Positions 46,310-57,040 of a stretch of DNA of 64,000 nucleotides are shown one piece after another (positions within the stretch are counted from its first letter, which is position 1; the number at the start of each line of letters is the position of its first letter). The translations under genes were made by a program, and so were the position numbers. Source of the stretch: Eledone cirrhosa (taxonomy: Eukaryota); the NCBI GenBank assembly GCA_964016885.1, contig OZ024749.1, positions 12,152,001-12,216,000 of the forward strand. Reading direction: 5' to 3'. The notes under the pieces are model-generated. The model made no database searches. It saw only the letters and a list, made by a program, of their open reading frames with translations, and was not told where the DNA came from.

Positions 46310-46907
46310 CCCAATTTCTATTTTTAACAGTGATAGATTGCATTTCTTTATCTTAGTTTTACATATTGCTAAGTGAAATAAATAAATGAATCTATAATCT
46401 ACATTAGATACCACTGAACCAAAAGTAGTTCACATAGGGCAAACTAACTAGATAAAACAGTGACTTGAGATATATATATATATATATATACACACACACT
46501 ACAGTAAAATGTAGCATTTACTATGGCTTAAATTACCAATATTTTGCTCATAAAACTTTCATATATTACAGACTCTTGTAAAATGAGAGGCAATAAAAAC
46601 AAAAAAAAAAGACGAACATGGTTTTTTACCTTTATTATAAATGCTGCAAAAGTTGATACCAAAGTATGTAATGTATTTGAAAATGGAGAAAGATTTCTTA
46701 AGTATTAAATATGCCTGCTGTTTATTCTATAGCACTTTACATTAACAACTGGAATAATTCATTGTTTTGTTGTGTTGTAGTTTTTATTTTCTATTTCTTT
46801 TATTACCAAAAACAGGAAGAAAAAAAAAGGGGGGGGGGTCCAATGTTGGTCTAGAAATACCAATATGAAAACAACTGAGTAAAGTGAGCTGCAGATATGA
46901 GACAACA

Positions 46908-47121
46908 TAATGGTTTCTGATTTAGGCACAAGGCCAACAAATTTGGGATGGGGAGTGGGAGTTGATCAAATCAACCCCAGTGCATTACTGGTGCTTTATT
47001 TTACCGACCCCGTAAGGATGAAAGGCAAAGCTAACCACCATGATTTGAACTCAGAAAGTAAAAGGTCATAACTGAATGCCGTAAAGCATGATGCTTGATG
47101 CTCTACTGATTCTGCCAATCC
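46908..47121 (-). mobile_element. Meta-domain-like SINE
   Basis: Family tail, core and B box. Confidence 0.75.
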
Positions 47122-48334
47122 AAAGGAAGGTAGCAGACATACTTTACCATAGGACTACTTTTTTATAAAGAGAACAAGAGGTATCTCATATCCCTAGATG
47201 GATGTCATACAGTTTCTATGATGTGTATAGCAAGTGTTGATATATAAAGAGTAAAATATGACATAACACAGTTTCTTTGGTTTGTATGTAGTAGGTGTGT
47301 TTTAGGGGTCTTGATACGTAGAGAGGAAGATGTAGTACTTAGCATAATCCTTACACATAGAAACTGTGTTGTACAGTTTCTGTGTAGCAAGTGTGTTTCA
47401 GGGGTGTGGAATGAGGTTTCATTTCTATGTCTAGTAAGTGTTTTAGGTGAGTTGAATGGGGCTATGTTGATACACCCTCACTAAGGATCTTTCTGAAATT
47501 CTAATCATAGAAGCATGGCCTTTCTAGTGTGAGGGGTTTAGATTGTGTGCAGAAGGATAAGTTGGCCTATCCAGAATCTCATCATCAACATCCGTTTAGC
47601 AAGAGTTAGACGGGTCATCACAAACTAAGTCACTACTCAAATGGAACCACTGTAAAAAAGCGCCCAGTCCACACTGTAAAGTGGTCGTGATGGTGACACA
47701 ACAAAAAGCCCCCAGCACACACTGTAAAGTGGCCGTGATGTGTCTTCTGATATTTTCATGGTAAACACTTTAACTCACAATCATGTTACATAATATTGAA
47801 TCTATGAGATTTTGATTTTATTTATTTTGAGAATACCTTAACATAAGTATGAGTGGCCGGTTTGAACAGAAAGAGGTGAGAGAATTCTGGCCGGATATGG
47901 CCAGTTTAAAACACCTGAAAATTTTATGAGATACAAACTTGTAGGAAGCCAGCTAAACTTACATAGCTATGAGCTGTAACAACATCTTGCCTCCTATGTA
48001 GTGTGTATGACTATTTAGATCTTTTTATTTAATTATTTTTAGCTTCTTATGTTCTGAGTTAAAATCCTGCAAAGATCAACGTAGCTTTTTAACTTATCTG
48101 TGTTGATAAAATAAAGTATCAGTCAAGTACTGAATCCGATATAAAGAACCTTGCTCCCCCTTATCAAATTGCTGGCCTTGTGCCTAAATTAGAAATCATT
48201 ATCATCAGATCTCTTCAGAGATAAGATAGGAACCCCCACTCCCCAATATTCTAACCTTTCGCCCATCTGTGTACTATTGATTATACTAGACTAAATACTT
48301 TTATAGAGAAGCTTTTTATCATTTGTATTAATCA

Positions 48335-48552
48335 GAATTGGCAGTATCAGTGGAGAGTCGGACACCATGCTTCGCAGCATAGAGTTACAGCCCTTTATGT
48401 TCTGTCTGAGTTCAAATCCAGCTGAGGTTAGTTTTGCCTTTCATCCTTTCGAGGTCGATAAAATAAAGCACCAGTAATGCACTGGGGTCGATTTAATCAA
48501 CTTCCCCTCTCCCCAAAATTACTGGCCTTGTGCCTAAAGTAGAAACAATTAT
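48335..48552 (+). mobile_element. Meta-domain-like SINE
   Basis: GAGTTCAAATCC B box, GCCTTTCATCCTTTCGAGGTCGATAAAATAAAG core, GGCCTTGTGCCTAAAGTAGAAACAATTATT tail. Confidence 0.8.
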
Positions 48553-48781
48553 TATCATTAACCAGGATTTTCATATAAATTTTCTTCTCACTTTTTGCTG
48601 ATTGCATAAGCAAAAGTGTTAAATGAAGACAAATTCTAACTGGAAAATTAGGACAAAGTGGTGATATTTAAAATATATCGGAGTATATGACTCCATCCCA
48701 AGACAATTCTAGTTAAGCTCCTTTTGTATTGGAGAACAGTTATTCTTAAATCATTGGCCATCTCTCTACCTTACTTGAAAT

Positions 48782-48930
48782 CATTCATGAGCAACCTGTG
48801 GCCCACAGGGGGTCCACAAAGCTTTCTGAATGGCCCGCCTAAGTCACCTAAATGAAAACTTTCTGAGCCTGCCTGATGATGAGCCATATCTCATGTGGCC
48901 TGCTTCTCGAAAAAGGTTTGCCCGTGCCTG
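48782..48930. mobile_element. Diverged hAT-type MITE
   Basis: Imperfect TIR CATTCATGAGCAACC / GGTTTGCCCGTGCCTG; TSD CTTGAAAT / CTTTAAAT. Confidence 0.55.
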
Positions 48931-49425
48931 CTTTAAATACTTGAATTTAATTCTCTTTAAATTTCTCTAATTTTGCTTTCTTAATATACATACTAACAAT
49001 TCTAGTTTCATCATACAGTTTTGTTTTTTTTTCTTCCTCACCTAACATTTGACTTCTCATTAATTACAAAAGACAGAGACCAGTGATCAGTGGTCAACAG
49101 AGAGATAATTCACAAGGTGAGTGACAGGCAGATGAAATACAGAACAGATTGAAAGAGGAGGAGGCCAAGGAGAAATGTATTGGTGCATAGAAATGACCAG
49201 AAGAGGAAATAAATAAAGGCAATGTAGAAGACAAGTTTATACACACATCTTCACCCTCATCAGCTCTCAAACCAGCAAAAAGGGTTTCACATGATTTAAT
49301 TGAGAGTGTCATTTTTAAAATGGTGGATTGTGCAACATAAAAATAAATCTTTCTGCTGGTATGATGTGGATTGTCTCTTTGTTGACCATTGGCTGCTGGT
49401 CTCTGGTCAACAAACAGACAATGTG

Positions 49426-49488
<63 letters not shown>

Positions 49489-50005
49489 ATCACAGTCTGA
49501 GACTAGGCAGGTCAGAGAACTACTTTCTTCTCATATGTTCCAAATTAGATTTGGCTTATATGGCTGGATGCTCTTTCAGAGTGCACTGTGTGTATTTTAT
49601 CATGGCACCAGCACTAGTGAGGTTTGTTATGTTCTCTCTACCTTATATTGTCTCTGATCAACCACCATTTTACAGTCAACCAAAATATGTCAAATAATTT
49701 GCTAAAATCTATTTTATAACTGAGGTATATGTCAAAGTTATAGGCAGTGAACTGGTAGAATTGTTTGGATGGTGGATGGAATCCTTTGCAGCATTAATTC
49801 CTAATCTCTGTGCTCTGAGTTCAGGTCCTGTTGAGGTTAACTTTGCCTTTTATCCTTTGAGGTCCTACTAATGTCAGTTCCTCTGACTCTTTCTCACTTC
49901 CTTCCTCTTTCTCGCTAATTCTCTGGAAGAAATCGGCTATGTTCAAACCTAGATAGGAGATGGACTCCACCAAGTTTTAAGTGCCCAACAAATACCATAT
50001 ATCAC

Positions 50006-50462
50006 TACAAATCCCTAGGACTTCACCAAGAGTTACGGGGTTGGTTCCATCTACAAATCCCTAGGACTTCACCAGGAGTTACGGGGTCGGTTCCATCTAC
50101 AAATCCCTAGGACTTCACCAGGAGTTTCAGGGTCGGTTCCATCTACAAATCCCTAGGACTTCACCAGGAGTTACGGGGTCGGTCTACAAATCCCTAGGAC
50201 TTCACCAGGAGTTACGGGGTCGGTTCCATCTACAAATCCCTAGGACTTCGCCAGGAGTTACGGGATCGGTTCCATCTACAAATCCCTAGGACTTTACCAG
50301 GAGTTTCAGGGTCGGTTCCATCTACAAATCCCTAGGACTTTACCAGGAGTTTCAGGGTCGGTTCCATCTACAAATCCCTAGGACTTTACCAGGAGTTTCA
50401 GGGTCGGTTCCATCTACAAATCCCTAGGACTTCACCAGGAGTTACGGGGTCGGTTCCATCTA
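50006..50462 (+). repeat. 46-bp tandem repeat, ~10 copies
   Basis: Unit CTACAAATCCCTAGGACTTCACCAGGAGTTACGGGGTCGGTTCCAT. Confidence 0.95.
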
Positions 50463-51283
50463 TCCATACAATCACATATGGCCAAGTTAAAATGTGTGCT
50501 TCAACATAGCAATGAGTAATAACTGCTAAGAAGAGGATAGAAAAAAATGGTAGAGTAAAGAGCACATAAAATTGATAAGAGATGGGAAGAACAAGAGAGA
50601 CTTGTGAGTAATCTACTTGAGAGAGGTTTTTAACAAGATAAATACTAAATGCAAAGAATATACTATGGAAGTATTTTCTCACACATTTAGATACTTCAAA
50701 TAACTTCATCTGTAAAACAAATATATGAAGTAGATCATTAGCAAGTAAAAGACAACCACAAGGCATCTACATTCATTATTGTCATTAAATGTAAGTATTG
50801 ACTTTCACTTTTGTAATTTAACCTTCTTTTGATACCAGCCTGTCTCTGCTCTTATACAAAATATCTCATTTTGAAGTGTTCCTATTTAAATTAGAACCGT
50901 CTACCATATATATATATACCTTTTGTTAAGTGATGTTTTAACTACCATCTTATTAATGAAAAAGTCAGTTGGTGCTGCACTCTGAAACACTTCCAAATGC
51001 TTAGTTTCTAAAATTAATAGAAATACATGGATAATGTCATCATTTAATGTCTGCTTTCCATGCTAAAGAGTGTATTCCATTATGAATAAAGAAAGGGTTA
51101 ATGAATTCTGCAGTGGAAGAACAAAACTCATTAAATCTCAAATAGTAGTTTACAACAGCTATTTCTTACAGTGATTCCTTCGTTAAATGTTAAGTAATTA
51201 TCATTGCAAATAATTAAACAGGTTTCTGCAGCTTCAATATTTGCAGTTTCATTAATTTACATTGATGTTTTATTATTAAGGTT

Positions 51284-51472
51284 AGGCAGTGGATTAGCAG
51301 TATTGATGGAGGGTCTGACGCCATGCTTTGCAGCAAAGAGTTACAGCCCTTTATGGTCGGAGTTCAAATCCTGCCGAGGTTAACTTTGCCTTTCATCCTT
51401 ACGGAGTCGATAAAATAAAGTACCAGTAATAAACTGGCATAATTGCTGGCCTTGTGCTAAAAGTAGAAACAA
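51284..51472 (+). mobile_element. Meta-domain-like SINE with TSD
   Basis: TTATTAAGGTTA on both flanks; B box and core present. Confidence 0.82.
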
Positions 51473-51582
51473 TTATTAAGGTTAAAAATCACATTAATGC
51501 AACTTTTTAATTTCCCGTTTTTACAACTTTCTTGACATCAGACTATTTTGTTTTACTTTCTATTACTGAAAGATGTTACAGT

Positions 51583-52020
51583 ATCATCATCACCGTTTTA
51601 CGTCTGTTCTTCCACGCGAACATGGGCTAGAAGGGTTTTCCTGTTGTGGGCAGTGTCCGGTCAGCTTACCTTGTCTTGCTCATACGGAACTGATTCTGGC
51701 TTGATTTCTACAGCTGGATGCCCTTCCTAACACCAACCTCATTTACAGCAAGTGCTGGGTGCTTTTTTTCCATGGCGCCTACACGTCCACTTTACAGTGT
51801 GGGCTGGGTGCTTTTTTGCCGTGGCACCTCCACGACCACTTTGCAGTGGAATGATAGGGACCCGAGTCCCTATCATCTCATTTCTACAGCTGAGTAAACT
51901 TGAGCAATGTGAAATAAAGTGTCTTGCTCAAGGAAGCAACACATCACCCGGTTCGAGTATTGAACTCACAACCTTTCGATTGCAAGCCCAATGCTCTAAC
52001 CACTAAGCCATGTGCCTTCA
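51583..52020 (-). mobile_element. Full-length tRNA/Nin-like SINE with RTE tail
   Basis: Minus strand GAAGGCACATGGCTTAGTGGTTAGAGC...GAGTTCAATAC; RTE-like 3' end. Confidence 0.88.
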
Positions 52021-52889
52021 CAGTATAGATATATATATTATGTATATCAAATTCAAAAACAGAGTTAGAGACTCACGTTAATCCCCTATAATTTAAGGTG
52101 CTCAAGCAATAGATACCAGGCTCTTTATAAATCAATATATAGAGAGAAGTACACATAGAGGTATGTTCTTTACACCATGTGCATTATTTTAGTTATCCGA
52201 TATATTTTTAGAAGTGTGGACCATATTGTAGTCTACCTATTGACAAGCCCTCTACAATATGGAATCTTCACTTTTTATGGCAAAACATTCTCTAATCTAA
52301 GTGTGTCCAGGTGTTATAGTTATTATTGGATGGTTAGTACACTTTAATTTATTCTCTTAATTGATCTGTAGCAGCCTTTCCTTTCATAGACAATATGTTC
52401 AACACTCTGGTGGTTCTCTACTCCCTATAAACACATACCTCTATCTGTACTGCTCTCTATATATTGATTAGATTATATATATACCATATTCCCCAGCGCC
52501 GAAGACGCTTCGTCCTCGAGGACACACTCTAATTTTGACAACCAAAAATCTTTTAAAAAATAAACAACCTTCGGCCTCCAGGACACATGGTAGATTTTTT
52601 AGGCTTATTTTAAGTAAAAAGAAGCGTCTTCGATGCTGGGAAATACGGTATATATCTATATCTATCTATATAAACAGAGGGAAGACAGGAACATCTACAA
52701 AACGTATTCCTGGTGTTGAGGGTTGTTCTATCCACGGGGTGTAAAACAACCCTGCAGTAATGTTCCTCCCCTATTGGGGATTTCAATTGTTATTTTATTA
52801 TATATAGTTATTTATTTATTAATGTTAAAGTTATGATTTTTATGTAAAATCCCCGCCGTCATGTCTTGTAATGTCCCATTTTTGTACGC

Positions 52890-53860
52890 CTATCGAGAGA
52901 GAGAAGCCTTACAAAAAGCTGGACATAGAAATAATTTAAGATATATGAATAAAAGCATGAGAAGCATATACACTGCACGCCACCATGGAAGGCGAAACCC
53001 ACACTCAAAAAATAATTATAAATACTTTCGTCATAGGCTAAATACCAATAATGAACAGCAAAAGCAAAAAGGTAAGAGTTTTCTTAATCACCATGAAAGA
53101 CCTACAAAAGATAGCATCACAAAAAAAAAAAAAATTGAAATAGAACATAGCTATTGTATTCAACACTGCAGTGAAATCTAGACTACCAGCCATCTTCTTT
53201 AACCAGCCATTTCTCCCTCAGTCTTATGCTTACATAAACAAACTGAATAAGAGAAGCTTAGGCAACCGTGATATTGAACAGGATCCTATTGATAACAGGA
53301 ACCCCAGGGGAAGCTCCCAACCAGCACAGACATATGAACCCAAAGCAGTAAAAACTAGAAATAAGGGACTAAATCTATCACAACCTATTCATACACCTAA
53401 TAACAACAATAAAGAACCACCCCATACAAATGAAATAAGATGCAACTTCCCACGACCTGAGAACTGTCCAATACAGAATATATGTATGCACAATATGGTA
53501 TACCAATGTGTATAATCCACACAAACGAACATAGAGTAAAATATATAGGGGCCACCTCTAATGTTTTTAAGAAACAATTGTATACCCATGTACATTCTTT
53601 TAAAAATAATAAATGTAGAAACTCTCCAACTTTAGCTAACAGAATATGGGAACTGGAAGAGAAAGGAACTAGATCAAATTTTCTGGTCAGTCCTCAGATT
53701 CAGTACAAACAGCACACAAAAGTTTGCAACATATGTATACTAGAAATGTACTATATAATTACCGGAAAAAAATTAATAAACAATTGATTAGAACAAGTCT
53801 TCAAATGTAGACATAAGCAGTATAAAACTTTCTCCTATTATAATCCCGACTAACACGCAA
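52890..53860 (+). mobile_element. Degraded Penelope-like element, C-terminal GIY-YIG endonuclease region
   Basis: CNFPRPENCPIQNIC...MVYQC, VKYIGATSNVFKKQLYTHVHSF, TLANRIWEL, CNICILE, FKCRHKQYKTFSYYNP across frameshifts; homologous to 59412-59790. Confidence 0.8.
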
Positions 53861-54942
53861 ATCGAACTCGGCATCATGCCCTTAAGGCATAGAGGTAGAA
53901 ACTATCATCGACCCCAATTCTGTCTGCTTTCCTCTACATGACACCAGACATACAAAACGCTATCTAACTTTAACAAAGAGAATTTAAATGTCAAAGTGCA
54001 TTACAATCACCCACTGCAAAAGCACAATAAAAAACTCTGATCTCTGTCTAAACGTCCTCGGACTAACAAATGGCCTTAAAACTTCCATCAACTCCACAAA
54101 TCAATGACCTCGTACATCAGCTGTATTAGTCACATCTCTTGGAAAAATAATAATAGTAGTAATAGTACCAAAGTTGTGACAACTGATATTGCTTGACCAC
54201 TCCTCTCTATATACTCACATCACATTATCTCAATACATTTCAATACAACTACAATTTATACAACCTGGATTCATCTATGGTAACACGCCTTCTTTCTCTC
54301 TCTCTCTCATATACATATATATATGTTTTAAGACACAAGAAGGTGTACCTTGTGCGTAACAGAAAAATATAGAATTCTACAGAATCTGAAATCTAACACC
54401 TGTCTTAACTCTAATTCTGAGATATTTAAAATTTGCCCACATACAAGAACTCACCTCCTTTCTCGGTATCAAAACACCATTTTGGACACTTACCCACTTT
54501 GAACACTCTCTCCTCTTCACACATTCAACACTTTTCATATATTACACCTTGAACACTCTTTCTTACTTTAAACATTTATCAGACATTCAACACTTATATT
54601 AAGCCCTTATTTTATATTACACCTATTTTATTCATTTCTTCTTTTACCTTACTTTTACCTTGAACAATCTCTCTTTCTTTATATATTCAACACTTATTTT
54701 ATTTTACTTAATTTTACACTTATTTTACATATTATTCACTTCTTGACTTCATTTTTTCCTGAACATTCTTATTTTACCACCTCGAGCCTTTATCACAGTC
54801 TTTCAACAACAAAATATATTTATATATATTTATGTATTTTTAATGCTCTGTTCTATACATAGAACACTCATTTGTTTCCTTTGCTTTCTCTTCAGAACCA
54901 TCTAACACATTTATTTTTATAGATATTTTGTTTATATATATT

Positions 54943-54976
<34 letters not shown>

Positions 54977-55031
54977 CAAGTGTATGTATGTGTTCATTAT
55001 ATATATATATATATATAAGCAGGAGGCACAT

Positions 55032-55376
55032 GGAGGCACATGGCTTAGTAGTTAGAGCATTGGCCTTGCAATCGAAAGGTTTGCGAGTTCAATTCTCAGA
55101 CCGGGTGATGTGTTGTTTCCTTGAGCAAGATACTTTATTTCACATTGCTCCAGTTTACTCAGCTGTAGAAATGAGATGATAGGGACTGGGGTCCCTATCA
55201 TTCCACTGCAAAGTGGTCGTGGAGGTGCCACAGAAAAAAAGCACCCAGCACTCACTATAAATGAGGTTGGTGTTAGGAAGGGCATCCAGGTGTAGAAATC
55301 AAACCAGAATCAGTTCCCGTCCCACCCTTGCAAGCAAGGAAAAGCGGAGTAAAATGATGATGATGATGATGATGAT
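55032..55376 (+). mobile_element. Full-length tRNA/Nin-like SINE with RTE tail
   Basis: A box TGGCTTAGTAG, B box GAGTTCAATTC, core, (GAT)n tail. Confidence 0.88.
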
Positions 55377-55617
55377 AAGCAAAGAGATATTTAATTTGTT
55401 GGTTATTCAACAAATTTATTTATAACAGATTCGAAGCACTCTACAAGTTTTCTGGAGTATAATATCAATGAAACTATATTTATAAAACCATATTTATTTT
55501 ATTATATATATTTCAAGGGTACCAAAACTTTGGTACACTCTCATCAGATAAAATACAAAATTTGTTTTATAAATGGTGACATACCCAAGAAATCAGGCCT
55601 TCTCGGTTCAGGTTGGA
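55377..55617 (-). mobile_element. Penelope-like terminal (pLTR) fragment carrying a hammerhead
   Basis: Same family as 6435-6690; ends in (TA)n. Confidence 0.7.
55495..55555 (-). ncRNA. Type I minimal hammerhead ribozyme with intact core
   Basis: Minus: TATTTTAT-CTGATGA-GAGTGTACC aaagtttt GGTACCCTT-GAAA-TATATA-TA|ATAAAATA; perfect 8-bp stem I, palindromic stem III. Confidence 0.85.
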
Positions 55618-55897
55618 TATATATATATTATATATACATATATATATTATATATATATACATGTTTATTTATTTAATGTGGTTGTAGAAATTATGTGTGT
55701 GTTCATTTGTAATTTTGCATGTTCTTAGCTGCTTAACACTTCTACTGGTCATATGTATCTATTTGTAGTTTTGCGTATGTAATTGTATTCATGTTTAACT
55801 ATGTGTGTGTGTATAATCGCATTATGTAGGTTTTCGCAGACTAGTGTGTCTGTGCCATATGCATGTAAGTTTTTTTTTTTTTTTTTTTTTTTTCTGT

Positions 55898-55998
<101 letters not shown>

Positions 55999-56293
55999 TA
56001 TATATATGCATAAGTATGTGCACGTCCGTGTACATGTGTGTGTGTGTCTATATATATGCATAAGTATGTGCACGTCCGTGTACATGTATGTTTGTGTATA
56101 TATATATATATATATGTGTGTTTGCATATATATATATTTTCTTTTTGTTTGAATGTGTGTATGTGTGTGTATATATACACGTCTTTTTCTATATTGCTAT
56201 ATATATATTTTTTTTTATTTTTATCCCTTTATTTTTCAAGCCTCACTTCCAATTTTTATCAGATTTTAAATGTCATTTCATATCTTTTACCCA

Positions 56294-56375
56294 TAACACC
56301 TCTGTTTGACGACCGATCCAGACGTATATATTATTATCGTCTGTGATCCAGAAACCTTTGGTAATGGAGTAGTTA
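56294..56375 (+). ncRNA. Decayed type I hammerhead-like motif
   Basis: CTCTGT-TTGACGA-[ccGATC CAGACG...CGTCTG t GATCca]-GAAAC-C TTT G-GTA|ATGGAG; C3 appears mutated to T. Confidence 0.5.
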
Positions 56376-56704
56376 TATTTTGTGTTGTTCACTTTCTAAT
56401 TAAATATATATATATATTTATTAAAGACACCCTGTACAAATAAAAACATTTTAAAACTCCGAAGAGTCGATTTGTCACAGTGCTGACACAGAGGATTGGA
56501 AATTGATTTATCCAATAAAAATACATTGGATTAGCATTAGTAGTATAGTATAACATTAAAGATGGCTGAGACCTGAAACTCTGTCCAAGTATGACATTAA
56601 AGATTGCTGAGACCTGAAACTCTGTCCAAGTATAACATTGGTTCTTGTTTGGACAACTTTTCAACATATGTCAACTTCACAATCATATTCTGGTAAAATT
56701 GGGA

Positions 56705-57040
56705 TATGGCTGAATGGTTAAGTAGTTCACTTTGTAATCATTAGGTCCTGAGTTCAATCCTACTATGTGGCATCTTGGGAAAGTGTTATATGCCTTAGCT
56801 TCAGGTCAATAGGGGACCCAAACTGTAAGAGTGAAATTGAGGAGACGGAATTGGTTTAAAAGCCCATTTAGATAGATGGGCTATACTTGTTATTCAAAAG
56901 ACCATCCTTGTTACACACTGTGCCACACAAACTCCCTCAGAATTATGTTATGGTTACATGTGCCTGTGGAATGCTCAGCAACATTCACATTAATTCCAGA
57001 GCAAGCTGTTCCAGTAAGGAAAGAATTCAAACCTTCCTTG
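56705..57040 (+). mobile_element. tRNA-derived CORE-like SINE
   Basis: TGGCTGAATGGTTAAG A box, GAGTTCAATCC B box, GCATCTTGGGAAAGTG. Confidence 0.6.

Noticed and set aside
50398-50766. Minus ORF with a strong acceptor TTTGTTTTACAG
   Set aside because: No recognisable protein, it runs into a tandem repeat, and there is no supporting gene structure
52861-53860. Selenoprotein-type (Naiad) PLE with UGA recoding
   Set aside because: The endonuclease is C-terminal and the disruptions are frameshifts and mixed stops rather than in-frame UGA at Cys positions
55032-55105. tRNA gene
   Set aside because: A and B boxes are present but there is no acceptor stem and it runs into a SINE body; a multi-copy SINE head
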